Of a stretch of DNA of 64,000 nucleotides, positions 37,619 through 51,900 are shown in pieces (positions within the stretch are counted from its first letter, which is position 1; each line of letters begins with the position of its first letter). A program made the position numbers and the translations under genes. The notes beneath the pieces were generated by a model. That model had not been told where the DNA came from. It made no database searches and saw only the letters and a program-made list of their open reading frames with translations. The DNA comes from Amoeboaphelidium protococcarum X5 (Eukaryota > Fungi > Aphelidiomycota). The stretch lies in contig JALDTO010000200.1 in assembly GCA_023515725.1 (NCBI GenBank), positions 488,276 through 552,275 on the forward strand, read 5' to 3'.

Positions 37619-39594
37619 TCACACGGTTTAGAGCTCATTGTTTCTAGCTCTTTTGATACCCAGATACTTGTTGAGTGCATTCAGTAAAACTTACTCATTT
37701 TGCCGAGTCTTTTCAAACATTTCGTAATACATTGCTACACCTTCTTAGACTACTTACTACCTTGTGGCCTTCCCATCACAAATGTCCTTCATTCTCTGCT
37801 CCATGACACGACGAAGGTGCGGTTTAGCTAAACTTTTGTGAAACCCAATTTCATCATATCCTTCAACTAAAGCAAGACCCAGCTTGGACGGTAAAAAATA
37901 CTAGCCATCTTTGTAAATATACTCCCGCTCCTACACCTTTTTAATGTGTTCAGCAATAGTGGCATCCGTTCCTATTCCATTCTTGTCCATGACGGCTATC
38001 AGTTCAGCCTCGCTCATTAATTGAGGTGGAGTAGTCTATCCTTGATGCATTTCGCAAGATTCCGGCTCGATCACTTCATTCTACTCAAAGTCCGGAATGT
38101 CCACACTGTTCCATTTATCGTACCTGTAGACATCCAAATAGTTTCTCTCCTTAATTATCAGGCCTACAGCAACATACAATAAATATTAATTATTCCATTG
38201 AATCAAATTGTTAATTACCTGATGCTTCAAACTCTTATTCAGCCATACGAACGCGTACTTTGGTATTCTGACCAATAGCGTCTTCACTACAGCAGGCAAG
38301 GAACCGCCTGACAATATATTCGTAAACGGCTGCCTTCTTTTCAATAAGGTTATTGGTGTAGTTGGTAGGATGAATGGGAGGATGAGCCTTATCATTAGAA
38401 CTGCCACATCTTGGCCACTTGAATCGACCTCCTTTCCCATGCTCGCCCGCCATCAACTCTTGAGCGAATCCTCCCCACTTGGGATCTGCAACTTATTTCT
38501 CTATCGCCTGGTGTAAATTGAATCCCTTTTCAAACACGTTAGTCTCTGTTCTTGGATATGAGATGAATCCCTGATTATAAAGCTCTTCTGCAATACTCAT
38601 TACTTCATGACCAGAGATTTTGAGATAGGAGGTGGCAAACTTTTACAATTCAATAGTTGTAAGAGGTAGAGGACGATAGTGGCGTTGAGGGGATGAGGAG
38701 ACACTTATAACTTTGGCTCGAGCTACATCCACGCACCGAGAATACAACAGTAAGCATACATCTTTATCAAAGAGTCGTCCGCGCGTCCATTTAAAGTCCA
38801 CGGTCTACTTACCCTTTTTGATTTTGCAATCAATATACCAGAACGGCTCCGATATAAATCTCTTTCGCGCCCAATATCGTTCAACCACGAAGCCTAGAGT
38901 TGGAAACTGACATGAGCCATAGCTTATAATCTAATCTTGCAAGTCTGCAAATTACGGACTCAATATCATTGTTTGAAATCTTGTAAAGGCTGCACCTATT
39001 CGCAAATCTAATTCCATCCTAGCATCAACAGACTCTGACATTGGAACGTCGATTTAATGCAGCTGGTTGATAGCCTTTAGAATTTCACGCCTCTGAACTA
39101 CTGAAAATCTGGCACGCATCACTTGTATTCGAGGATTCGATCTCTTGCTCACATTAGCAATCTCCTAACCGATATTCTCACCTTCACGATCACAATCAGT
39201 CCATATAATTAGCTGCTGACAATATTTCGCCTGAGTTTCAAGATTCTTGGCCACTTGCATAACGTCACTGCGCACACTCTTCACAATTGGGGCACGGAAG
39301 AGCTCCGCTGAATCGCAACTTCCCCATTTTCTGTACTCTTTGGAGAAATCTGTCTCTATCAAGTGACCAAGAACACTTGTTACCGTAAAATCACACTATC
39401 TCCCTTGGAACTTGTATCCAAAACAGAAATTTCTGCAATACTTGTGCTGTCCTTATCTCTACAATGATTGAATAGAGAATATGTATGCTTTGGGGTTTCA
39501 GTTGATATCTTACCGATTGGAAATTATTATCAGAAAGAATGGTGGCCAAAGACTTGGCTATAGAAGGCTTTTCTGCCACACATAGAATCTTCAT
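37619..39594 (-). CDS. TOP3: DNA topoisomerase III (type IA), no C-terminal zinc ribbons; 2 introns
   Basis: [79 protein letters not shown]. Confidence 0.96.
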
Positions 39595-39849
39595 GGTACT
39601 CAATCCTCAGTCTATCTAGAAATGTATCAAGATTGTATGCGCAGTTGACGCGAAAGGACTGGGAGAGTTTTGAAACAAAGAGAGTTGAAACAAGACTTGG
39701 TTGTTTCAAGATCAGATAGGACCAAAAGAGTACTGAAATAAATTGAAATGATAAATGAAAGCTATATTAAGTCAATTACCAATTCATAATTCAAATGCAA
39801 AATGATAGAAATGCTATGCTTATAAAATCCAATAGCTAGAGGCAGACAT

Positions 39850-41088
39850 TCAAACTTACTGATGTAGATCCAAAAGTTCTTGTTTCAAGCTTTGCAACTT
39901 GGCCATCACCTCATTAGAGCGAGAGATGAGGAAGTTCAAATGACTCAACGCGACAGATTCTTGAATCAGGCACTCATCTACAGTGTCCAGCCCAGACTGT
40001 AAATCCTGACTAGACAACAGATATTGAGCAGTACCAGAACCACCACCCATCGTTTCGATGACTTCAACTTTGCGGCTTTCACGGTGCGAGATTGGAACAC
40101 TTGTGGACGTCGTGGTGACTTTCTCCGTCTTGCGTTCTCTTTCCTCGTGCAGTTCCACCACCTCCTCCAACATACCCTCAGGATAGTAAGCATACTCAGG
40201 ATGAGTGAAGCGCTTACGATTCTCGACGAAGAACTGGCTGATGTGCTTACTCTCCTCGCCAGTCAGCTGAGTGAACAACTGATTCACGTACTGCAGCTTC
40301 CCGTCGCGGATGTCTTGGAACATGTAGATAAACTCTTCAACTAACCACGACTCTAGACCACTGTCGACTAGCAGATTACGCGCTGCCTACTCGGTGATGT
40401 TGCGGTACTCTACACGTATATTCAGCGTGTTTGACGCGACGGAAGCCAATGTCTACCCATCAAGCAACGATGGACCAGTGATATGGAAAGCCTTGAAGAA
40501 GTTGGACGACTTTTGCTCTTCAACTAACACCTTGGCAGCTCTGGCAACATCGCGAACGTGGACCCATGGCGCGCTTCCTCTACCAATAGGCAGAGGCAAA
40601 ACACCCTTTGCGATATCAGGAGCAAATAGATACAAACTTTGCATGTGCACAGGAGTGCGGATAAACGTGTAGTTGATACCAGAATTCTCAATCAGCTCTT
40701 CGATTTACTGATAGTGCTGTCCCCACTTGCTATTCTTCTCCCGGATAAAGCTGTACATGATGACATTGTCCACATTGTACTTCTTTGCTGCATCAATATA
40801 CTTTCTGGCATGGGCGACACGGTCAGGAGATCTTGTTGGAATGATTATCAGAACGTGACATTCCTACACGAACGTCTCCAACTTTTGATCATCACGGTCG
40901 CAGTCGAAACTGAAGCAACGAACACGGTGCTTGTCACAGAAATTCTCGACACTCTTCAAATGCTTGCTCTTGTCAAATGCAGCCACTCTCAGACTAAACT
41001 TGTCCTTATTTAGAGTTTCGGCAAAGTATTTCAAAGTTGTCAGACCCAGGTTGCCCGTTGCAGAAGTGATACCAATTTTCAAACTCAT
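39850..41088 (-). CDS. NmrA-like NAD(P)-binding protein with C-terminal extension (412 aa)
   Basis: IGITSATGNLG, IDAAKKYNV, IEELIENSGINYTFIR, WVHVRDVARAA, FHITGP. Confidence 0.85.
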
Positions 41089-41326
41089 GTTTATATTGCT
41101 CTCCCAGATACTTTGGACACTTTGGAAACTAAAAGTCACAAAGCAAAGTCATCGCTGTAGTGTTCAGCCAAAGTCGCATTGTGATGCTCATAAATATTCA
41201 TCGTAACGTCGTGATGACTGTCGCGTCAACACCGTTCGATACCGCTGAAGTTTAACACTATGCAACGGAACATTAAAACCAATGTAAAGAAAAATAGTTG
41301 GAAAGTTCTACAAAATAAAACAACTA

Positions 41327-42415
41327 TGAGTGCCGATTTACATTACCACAAGAATAGTTCAATTACTGAAGCTGAAATCTAATCATTGTATTCGAATGGA
41401 GCAGTGTAGATTATGCGCCTTTCAAACTGTGCGTTGTTTCGTTTCTCTCAACTCTTACAGCAATTCCTCAAGTTCCTAACAATTATTACAGTACAGTAAA
41501 CTTTTTCTAATGGACAATATACTTGATTAGCTCAGACCTGAAGTTCGTCAATTTCTTGTGGAACTAGATGAGAGTCAATTTTAAGATGCAATTGCTCAAT
41601 TGATTAATTTGGGATTCTAGAAAGCTTCCATGTCTATTGAGTACGCTTGCTCCAACACACAAATGATTCGCCACATGAAAACATTGAACAGGTCGAGTGA
41701 AGTTGAAACATAAGCTATCAAGGATCTCAAGCTGAGGATCAATATGCTTCACAATGAATTAGCTTCTTTGATGACTTCCCAAGATTCTCATAATGGTTCT
41801 AGAAAGTAACCAGAGAAATTAAATGCCGAATACTCTCCTGAAAAGTACTCAACCACATCTAAATAGTACTAGACAGTGTTGAGTCCCAAGTTATTGCGAC
41901 AGAGTATACTACAACCATCTAGAGTAAAGTTTTTCAAGAATACTCATATGCAGTATCCTGAATGGTGGGGTGGCAATGGAAGTTGTAACAGTAGCAGTAT
42001 TATAGAACAAGAGTGGCATACACCTAAAAAGTTGACTGCTGAGAACTTAACGCAATCTAATCCGGCTGTACTGAAGCTAAGTGAAAAGCAAGAGTTGAAG
42101 GATCAATAGCTGAGAATGGCGGCCAGACGATAGTTGGATCCTAGATTGATTGATGGATTTGATACAGAGTAGGACAATTAGATACCCACAGGTTGGATTC
42201 CATTTGAGACACCACAGAAAGCTGATGTTAGATAGTCATTATAACCGCGATCAGTTCCTAGAACTGCACCACAATTGTCAAAGTCTGTTAATAATATTGA
42301 TACTTAACAGTCAAGGAACTATTAAAAAAGTAGACCACGTAACAATAACATTAAAGATTTTATAACCATTGCACAAGACTTTGCGCAGAGTGATTTGGTG
42401 AAAATTATTGAATGA
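41327..42415 (+). CDS. Hypothetical protein (5' exon structure uncertain)
   Basis: About 295 codons open from ~41530 to TGA at 42413 with TAR=Q; coiled-coil segment; no homology recognised. Confidence 0.5.
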
Positions 42416-42479
42416 AACGTAATCTCGGATCTTACTGGTTTTATTATTTTTACGTCATTGACTACGATTATGAGGATGA

Positions 42480-42746
42480 GGATGATGATAGATATAGCGA
42501 TTTTTCCAAGTTTTATTAAAATCTTCTTAAAGCCGTAATGACACTCTTCCTCTGGTAGAATACCTCATCATCTTCAGCAGACAACGAGGTGTCATTACAT
42601 TTCAAGCGCCTCACCGATGCAAACTCTGCTTTAACAAACGCGCGTAGATCTTGAACATCTTCTTTCGGTGCGCGTCTACACATACGCAATCCTTGTCTGT
42701 ACAACTGCCTGATTTCTGCATTTTAAATAAATAATCTCAGAGACAT
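42480..42746 (-). CDS. LYR-motif (Complex1_LYR, LYRM2-like) protein; 3' end unresolved
   Basis: MSLRLFIQNAEIRQLYRQGLRMCRRAP...DLRAFVKAEF. Confidence 0.75.
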
Positions 42747-42787
42747 TTGTAAATTTTACTCAAACCACTATAGTTATATCAGCAATT

Positions 42788-43986
42788 ATGAGTCAATTGA
42801 GGGATCCTTATGACTTGGGACCGAGCGACAATGCTATACGGAACTAAAAGTAAGAGTATAGACTGGCGGAAGAGGATGAAGAAATTTAAAACACGAACGA
42901 CGACGCGACAATTAGTCGACTGTCTGCGGTCACCGCTGGATACTTTGATGATCAGTATGTAAAGTTTTTTGTGCCTCTCAGATAGTAGAATATTAAGCGG
43001 AGTCCTCTGATTAATCGCGGAACTTATTTGAGATGCAAGGTTATCGATTAATTCGTCAGCGACTACTGTCTCAAGTGTAAGGATGTCCAGATTGTAAGTC
43101 TAGGTGCTGGATTTGATACTAGATACTTTCGGCTCAAGGTATAATTGTGTGTATCGCGATTTAAGCTTTATAATGCTACCATAGTATGTAGGATGCTGGA
43201 GTATAGTTCTAAAAGTACATTGAAGTGGACTTTGAGAAAATCATCTTGAAGAAGATGTCCACCTTGAGGAAACATGCAAAGAATTTTGGTGTTAAAATAT
43301 TACCTAATGGTGGTAAGTCTTTATAATACTACGACTATTAAAGATTTGTCCATTGTGAATGTAGAAGTTGAAGATGGTTCGTATAAACTTTTGGTGGGCG
43401 ACCTCCGCGATTGGGATGCCGTTGTCACGTCCCTTACTAAAGCTGGTTTCTAGAAAGAGTAATTACTGATTGCTATTGGTTGAATTTATATCCAATTTGT
43501 ACTAATTTTTTATGTAGTATACCTACTTTGATCTTGGCTGAATGTGTGTTTGTGTATATGCCTATTAAGTGTTCTGACTCAATTCTCACTTGGGCATCAT
43601 CTGAACTTAAGACGAGCGCAGTTGTTGTTTATGAGAATATGACACTGGATGATTAGTTTGGATAAATCATGGTGGACAATATTAGAGTGAGAATTTAAAA
43701 TTTTGATGTATTTCAGATGATGAATGCCTGATGCGTATAAGTGTAGTCGCGTGGAATGAAGTTGGAAGGTGTCGAAGCTTGTCGCAATGTTGACTTGATT
43801 AGAGCTCGCTATGAAGAGTTAAAGTTTCATGTGCAAATTCAAGATTTAGCGTAGTTGTATTAGACAATGGTGATGCAGAATGAAGAGGAGTTTACGCGTC
43901 TGAACAAGGTGTAGATGATGGATGAGCTGGAAGAACTTTTGTTGTTATTGAAGCATTACTACGTACTTTATGCTGAGCATGAATGA
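42788..43986 (+). CDS. PPM1: Leucine carboxyl methyltransferase Ppm1/LCMT1; 4 introns
   Basis: IQNTNDDATISRLSAVTAGYFDD, RSPLINRGTYLR, QIVSLGAGFDTRYFRL, PTLILAECVFVYM, MDELEELLLLLKHY. Confidence 0.95.
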
Positions 43987-44255
43987 TGGTACTGTATTGA
44001 CCAGAATATGAGACCTTAAATCCCATGCAACTAATTTTTTTTTAATCTTTAATTCGTAATACGCAGACAATAGTCGACTTTTTAATGTAATGATATAATT
44101 TGAAGTGAAGTCTCGTTTAAAGAACTGTTAACGTTATTATAGAAGTCTCCGCGGCACAATTTGACAGAATTCGTGGGTTGATAAAACATTTAAAAGTAAG
44201 AGTTAAATAAAATACACAAGAAGAACGAGAATGTGATTTATTAATGTGACTGACA

Positions 44256-45722
44256 TCAATCGGAGCAAGGATTTGGTGGAGAGATCCCGCTCATTTCATT
44301 ACTACCAGCAATCGAGCTTTCAAACTCACCTGTGATACCGCACGCGTTCTCATTTAAATCGCAGCTCATTGAGTCTTATGGAACCTCTTTATCTTCATAA
44401 AGTCGAGAGCGAATATTCTAATAAATGGGAGTTCCATCCTAAAGATGACCAGAAATAAAGCGAGGAAGGGGTCTAGATTCTGCATCCATCTTTTAACGCT
44501 TCGCTTTGCTTCTAGTAGTAACACCTTCTTAGTATTCACCAGCTTTCTTAGTGCTCCTACTTGACTTCTAACTAGTTCTGGCCTTCTACTGAGGTGTATT
44601 GAACGTTGTACTGATATCGCCGTCTCTCACAGGAGTCACGAAAGACCCATTGTCGCGAAGTAGAAGTATAACAAGAGCACGAATTAGATCTCGAGACATG
44701 AGCGAAGTCTGAGTCAGCCCATGTTCACCTTGACTTTGATCTGAAGGGAAAGTCCATATCTCAGTTCTAGACTCATTTTCAAAGAATATTTTAAACTGCA
44801 CCGGAGAGAGGAGTATTGTCGGAGCACCAGTTGAATACAATGCCGCAAGAACCTACGCGAGTCTACCCTTACGATACCACAAACTATCCACCGCAAACGC
44901 TGTTGAAGTCTTCAACTCCGTTGCAAATGTAACATCCCTAGAATTGAATGTAGGGGCAAATGCCAGATCCATTTTAGACTTATAATCATACTCCGCTTTG
45001 CACATAACGCCACCGACTTAGGCCGTGAGATTAACAGGGAAGCATTCAACTTCAAGGATCTGACTAATTTATAACACCAGTCTAGTCAAATATCGATCGA
45101 CTTACACTTCAGGTTAATCTGTCTAAGTGAGACCACGGAACGAGGTCATCACAGCAAGACTGTTGATGCATTGTTCAGCAGCAGACTGCCAATTACTTGC
45201 TGCTGTCAATTAAGTGGCCATCTGGACCAATCCATTTATACTCTACCCAACACCTTTAACAAGACGGTATAGAGATGGATACAATAATGTGTACGCCAAT
45301 TTTGATGCCATTGGCTTCGATATCAGGTTAAGCTACGCCGAATTATTGACGGCCGCTTCCATCTCTTACAACTCCACATTCAGGGCAACCAAAGTGGCAT
45401 CAAACTGTGCAAGACGTTCCTCCAACAGCTCTTCCACAGTCGAATTGTATGGCTCTGGTGACTCATCTTCCAAAGATGACATATCACTTTGAGATTCTAA
45501 TGTACTAGAATCAGAGTCACTAGTCTACAAGAGTAAACCATCGTTATAAACGCGAATTCTCTAGACTTCAGTCCCGTAACGAGACACTTTAAAAACGGGC
45601 TACTAATCAGAAGGCATTTATTTACTTTCTACCACAGGATTATAACTTTAGACATTGCAGTCAATAGAACGAAGCTAATCGATCGTGTAAATATGCCGTT
45701 TCACTTCCTAATCGGTTAGCAT
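44256..45722 (-). CDS. PD-(D/E)XK restriction-endonuclease-fold protein (488 aa, intronless)
   Basis: PEVQVDRYL...SKMDLAF...FATELKT...LAQVLAAL gives an E..D..ExK..Q pattern; basic NLS-like stretch downstream. Confidence 0.6.
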
Positions 45723-45854
45723 TTCTGATCTGGGTGAGTTTTAAGATTTAAATTACTATAAAAATTACTATAACATAATAGAGATGCACAAGAACGATTA
45801 TATTTCTAATGACGTGTTTATACTGTACCGTGGAGAACACGAATAAGACTAAAA

Positions 45855-46952
45855 TCACTTCATTTCGGAGGCTTCTTCACATTCATCACCATTATATGAT
45901 CTCGACCCAAAGGAGACTTCCTCTTCATCTAGCTAACGTTCGGTATACAACGACAACTTGTCATTGGAATTCCCAAGTAAAGCAGCCGCCTCTTCATTCT
46001 AAAGATCAAACAACAACTAATCTTTAATAGAACTAGACTATGCGAGTATAAATACACCATAGATGAGCAGGGCAATCGATGGTATCATGAATCCGTAGTT
46101 GATAGCCTTGTAATCAGCCCAGAGATCATAGTAGATATTCTAATTGATGAGAGAGAACACATCAAAGAAGGCAAAGAAGAGTGGAACAACCAGCACAGAA
46201 TCTGCCACTTTCAGACCAAGTGTCATACACGTCAATTGAAGAGTGACCGACAAAATGAGAACAAGAACAATTAGGTATCCGGACGCGCTATGAAACTAGT
46301 TACTCCCTTCCATAGTCTTTATAATCATGGTGATTCCAGTCTCTGCCAGCTGGACGGTGATACTAGCGATCAAACCACCACTGATAGAGTATCCAATTCC
46401 AACCAGACGGAACACTTACTTCTGCGAGTACTCCACCTTTTCGCGAATAAGCTTCCGATGCCGGAGAATAGTGGCAGCAAGCAGCATTACAGAGAAGCCA
46501 AAGAGCACCGAGAAGAATATAATAAATACAGGCCGCGCATACAGAGCTAATAACGCGTCCAACTCAAACTCTTCCTTCTTCAATGATCCAAAAATAGAAA
46601 TAAACACAGTGCCCACGAGAATCATCAACGTGCCAATTAGATCAGGTCTTGTTATCTCAGTGCCCACCAAATATCTGGCCAATATGCAGTTAAATACCAG
46701 CGCCGCCGATGATAATGAAGCCACGATAGCCGGCTAGAGAAAATACAGAGCCGCTGTTGATCCAAACAGCTGTGATCCGGTGTACATGGCGAATCCAATC
46801 ACCCATTACAGTCTCTTATACTCGGGCTTTTAAAGATGACTCGGTTTAGCCTGATTCTGGATATGATCACGTCGCTATAGATTTAGACCAACGGCATCGA
46901 TGGTGCTAGCTAACAAGGACGATGATACACCCACTGCTATCTACCAACTCAT
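45855..46952 (-). CDS. NIPA-type (DMT superfamily) Mg2+ transporter (365 aa)
   Basis: AVGLNLQRRDH...WVIGFAMY...IVASLSSAALVFNCILARYLVG...DLIGTLMILVG...SVLVVPLFF. Confidence 0.85.
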
Positions 46953-47444
46953 TCTTATAATTGATAAATAGCTAAGAGGTAATTTAAATTGAGAGAAATT
47001 GAGAGAAGAGAAATGTTGATCTAATCAGGGGATCCCCGTTCACTAAGTACTGAATACCACTGGTGATTCGGAGCATAATCGCCTTCAAATTACGCTGCTC
47101 CGACTATCTACTACTGTATATAAATTAATGTTCAAAGTTTCTGTAAAATAAATTCATAACAAAAATGTAACAGATGATGCTGTTTACAGTGATTCTCAGA
47201 TTATTCAATTGGTATTGGTATTCAAACGACTGAATTAACTCTCACCTTAATCAATTATTTAACTTCAACCTTTTAATTCTCATATCATTAAGACCTAATT
47301 AGCCTTCTATTTGACTGTATTTTCCTCAACTTACATTATTGAGAAGTGTGTAATCTCGATCTTTAATCGTCTGCGATAGTTTACTGATCTGAATCTTCCG
47401 TCATAAAATCAAGCAAAACACGTAGAGAACACCCATACAGTCAA

Positions 47445-48256
47445 ATGTCTAACAAATAGAGTGGGACATTGAGGTAAAAGTCTCAGCGACAGGTTGTGAA
47501 ATAGTTTTTAGAGTCTCCATTCAGTTATAAATGGTATGATTTTTATCCGCTTGTTTAAGCCTGACGCGTCATTACACATTTTGGTTTGGTAGGAACTTTA
47601 TGAATGAACAAGATGAGATTATAATGATGGAAGAGATATGCAGGTATGATATCATTCGCGTAATCTTAATCTTTAGTATGGGCTGTTCAATCATGGATTA
47701 TTGTAGATTGCTATTACCTGTGGGAGAGTATCGACGGAGCTTGAAGCAGTAACTTAAATAGTAACCATCACATTTGCCTGAAGTAAAAGCTGAGAAGCCA
47801 GCAGTTATGGAGCGATTAATCTTTGGTATTAATGCAATCACTAAGCACTTGGAGCGTGTAATTCAGGACGATTAATCGGGTAATAAGGTGCCTATTCTGG
47901 CGATCTTTGTGTGTTATGCTGATATCAAACCTTAGCATCTTTTTGATCATCTTCCTACTCTGTGTCATTTCCAAGGCAATGTCTTTCTGGTACCGCTCCG
48001 TTAAGGTTCTGAGTAAAAGATTGCATAAGCTTGTGGTTTTCGTAGACTAGCTGCCTTTGCAGCTGATGTTAATATAGATAATGATTTACTGAGGTAATAA
48101 TTGAAGTAATATGCGACAACAGTGACGATTCCGCACTTGAATTCAGAGCCAGCTTTGCTATCAAAGCGTGTCATTGATGTCGTTGTCACTCGTAAAGACA
48201 TGCGGGAACCTAGATCTAAGAAGCAGAAGACTTAGTAGAAGAAAGTTGCTGAATGA
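47445..48256 (+). CDS. POP3: RNase P/MRP subunit Pop3/Rpp38 (L7Ae fold); 2 introns
   Basis: VKQFLESPFSYKW; LIFGINAITKHLE; AIFVCYADIKPQHLFDHLPTLC; LVPLRQGSEQKIA. Confidence 0.8.
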
Positions 48257-48440
48257 TACTGTTTAAATGAATCTTTTATTTCTAATTTACTGCTATCGTT
48301 AAAAATGACACAATATATGGTTTAGAGCTTCGTTCCTTTTACTGGGCTTTGGCACGTCCCTCTTTCTTTGCTTCTCTTCGTCTTTGGTACTGTAGTTCTA
48401 CCTTAATTCTATTAAATCACTCGCGCGCGCATTAATAGAA

Positions 48441-48833
48441 ATGTTGAGAAGCATATTGAATCCATCTTTGGTGAAGGGCTCACTTTACAGAGCATACCCA
48501 TCGGCGTTAAAGATTAGCAGTACCGGTAATGCACCGTCCATGATAAATCATCGTCGTCAGTACGCAGGTGGCCGCCCGCCAAAGTCTGATTTTGAGTAGC
48601 GCGCCATTGAACTGTTGCGTGGATTCGAAAAGGTGGACCATGACAAGCTGTCGATCAATGCACACTTTAGCAAGGATCTGGGCTTGGACTCGCTGGATGC
48701 TGTTGAGGTGCTAATTGCTTTGGAAGACGAATTTATGATTGAAATTCCTGACGAAGAGGCTGATCAGATTTACAATTTGAAGTAGGCCGTCGACTATATC
48801 TACGAGAGATGGTCGCCTGAACATTACAAGTGA
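48441..48833 (+). CDS. ACP1: Mitochondrial acyl carrier protein (130 aa)
   Basis: Presequence, then [34 protein letters not shown]. Confidence 0.96.
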
Positions 48834-48965
48834 TTGTGTTGAATCTTTATTGGTGAAAATACACTCATAAATCAATCTAGTATGTATTTCTATTGAATTG
48901 CAATAGTATTTTCACGAGATATAAAGCGCAAAGCTTGTCATTGTTAGGATTCTTTTTCCAGCAGA

Positions 48966-51900
48966 TCAGAGAGGGAGTAACGACGCCAGTGTGCTCTCGT
49001 TGAACGGAGACGGCAGACTGAGCACCGAGGGAACAACGAATAGAGCCACACAGAACATCACCACCGCGATAAGAACTATAAGGAATATTTTACGCATTCT
49101 TTACTTCTTGCGAGACACTGAGATTGGATCAATCTTTTCCGATAGCTTGGTGGACGCAGATGGATCAGATAACGATGTTTCAAAATTCCAAAAGAGCAAC
49201 TTTGTGTGCACTCTATCAGCATAAGGTAGCAGACTTGGAAGAAACAGTAGCACAGTAATTGCATGTATGAAAATGAAATCAGCCAGAAAGTACACATTGC
49301 CAACAGAGTTTATTATTAAGAAAGTACATGCGCTTTTCAGAGTGGCCCATAAGGACATTTCACTCCTGTAGTGGTGCCACTGTCCGTTGTAGAAACATTT
49401 GGAGATTTCCATGTTGGTCGGAAGTGCGCCTACAAAGATTTTAATCAACAGTAGTAGAGCCCATTTCTGTAAATAACAAGATGCCACAATGAACACGAGA
49501 AAGTTCTTAAACTGCCAGGCTTCATATTCAAAAACAACAAGCAGATATAGAATTCCCACGAGCATGGAGACTAATTTACCAATTGAATACATGATACCGC
49601 CCATTGTACCAGCAGTTTCTCGCTTTATGCAAGGTCCTACAAAAGTCGCCAGTGTAATAATAATCAACATGAATATCAGATTAAGCAGCAAAGGAACCAT
49701 AGATATACCAACTAGAGCAATCACATGGACCATAACACCATTTTGAGAGTCTTGCAATGTTTTCGCGTAAATATAGGAGACTCCAGTTAAAAAAGCAGGG
49801 AATAAACTACGAGCAATGCTCCATAAGAGAACAGAAATCAAAGTGGGCGGCGTCTGGACCAATTTGCCAGTCATTCCGTCATATACTCTGCCATTAAAGT
49901 CTTGCGCGTATCCAATAATGTGTTTGTACCAACTCAAACCCATAGCTTTCGCTCCATCGATACAGAAAAGATAATTCATCGCCATGCCATAGTCCAGTAG
50001 TACTTCTTACACGTCATAAGCATGAGGATTGAATAGGAACGGGGACATGAATAAAGCAAGCGCAATTGCAGCAAAGAATAGCAAATGTAACTTCACCACA
50101 CCACTAAATGCTGATAAACTGAGCAATAACAGAATACGACCTCCAGAAAGCAAAGTGATATCAGAAAACTGGTCATATAGAGCAATCATATGCTGACGGT
50201 AGATGGCAAATCCACGACCAGTAGAGCGATATTGACTAGAAGAAAGCAAGAGACCAGCAGTCATCAGGCTGTACTCGTATACTTTAGTGACAAACACTTC
50301 GAAAACTGGACTCAAGCTGACCACTTGCATAAATATCTTCTTTGCTGCACTATAAATACCTTAGTCGATAGCTAACTGGGCAAAGAGAGGCACATAACAG
50401 ATGATACTAGTAATAGCTATTGCAACTACCGCTGACGCGATATAGTCTATGACAGGCGCAGTGCTTTCACAAATATCACTATTGCAAAAGATACTTCTAA
50501 TCTACACCATGTACAAATTAAGAACGAACAAGCTAATGGCCAGAATACTCAACATATTATTAATATGGAATCCAATGCTTGTATAGTAGAGGCTGAGAAG
50601 TCTAGGTAAACGCATTCCAACACAGAGATTGTACCAGTCACGACTGATAATCTATTCAGAATTACCAGTTCCAATCTTTAAACTGAACTGGAAGATGGAC
50701 AGCAAGCCAAGATCACGTCCTTTGGAGCACTAATAAAACTCCGTAAATCCGACTCTTTAGCCTCTTAAAACTGCATTGATTCCAAAATAGATATCTTCAT
50801 TCAGATTCAACTTCTTCTGAGCTTTCGAGATACCACCATTACATAGCGCGAACTGGAATCTCACAAAATCTGGATGTCCATAGTGCAGACGTACACTCTG
50901 ATCGGTGCTAAATCTTTAGCTCATACTGCCAAACGTCAGCTCCTTCAATGCCGACACATTAGCCAGTGAGCCAATGTTGGCAGTAAATATCTCTTCTCTC
51001 GCTCCAAGAATTGCCAATTCAGAATTAGCCACAAACTTATGCAAAACATTAGGCAACTTGAAGCCATTCTCGATATGACAATCTTGATTAGAATCAATAA
51101 GCTGTAGTATCTCTCCCCTGCAGAAAGGCAAAGACAAACTCTGATTATCAGCTTTCCCGTCACTCAATAGTGGATATCCAGGCAATCGGATACGATACTT
51201 TACACCCCGCTGAGTCTTTAAGCAGCTATAATAGACAGGCTGATTATTCTCCCCTGGAATGCAGTCAATGTATGAAATACTGATACCTTATTACAGCAAG
51301 TAATCGATATTTTGTCTTTCGAATGAAGACATTTCAGAATATCTTTACACGGCGACAACTATATTAAACTTCTTTTCAGCTGTTTCATGAGAGCTCAACA
51401 CTTTCAAAGCATTGCGGCAATTCAGGAATCCAGTGACTGTTCTGACTAAAGTCTAACAGTGAAGACTAGCAAAGCATCTCAGCCTGAACACATTCTCCTC
51501 ACTGAATCTGCAGATACCAATTTTATTGAGGGAATACAGTTCCGATTCAGTCATCTGATGAGGTTGAGACTTAATGACAGCGTCCACGTAGTTTGTCCAC
51601 TCTTGAGGATACAGAATCTTCAGATAATCAATCAGACATAGCTTGTTACGTTAATGTTCATAATGATCGTAAATGATCTCCTTTAGCAACAGCAATACTT
51701 TCTCGTTGTAATGCGGTATAATTACACTCATAGTTGGCATTTACGAGATTTACAAAGCAGGTAAGCACTCTCCAGACATTGACTGCACAAAAGCCGACAA
51801 TCGTTATTAACCAGCTGGATTCGAAGTTGAACTTAATGAAGTAGGAGTTTTAATCTGGCCATCAGAGTCTTTCTAGAATAGCATATCCATACACTCATCA

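Noticed and set aside
47128-47472. About 115-codon open frame upstream of POP3 (similar cases at 28800-29240 and 32000-32310)
   Set aside because: With a single stop codon, open frames of this length arise by chance; no homology seen.
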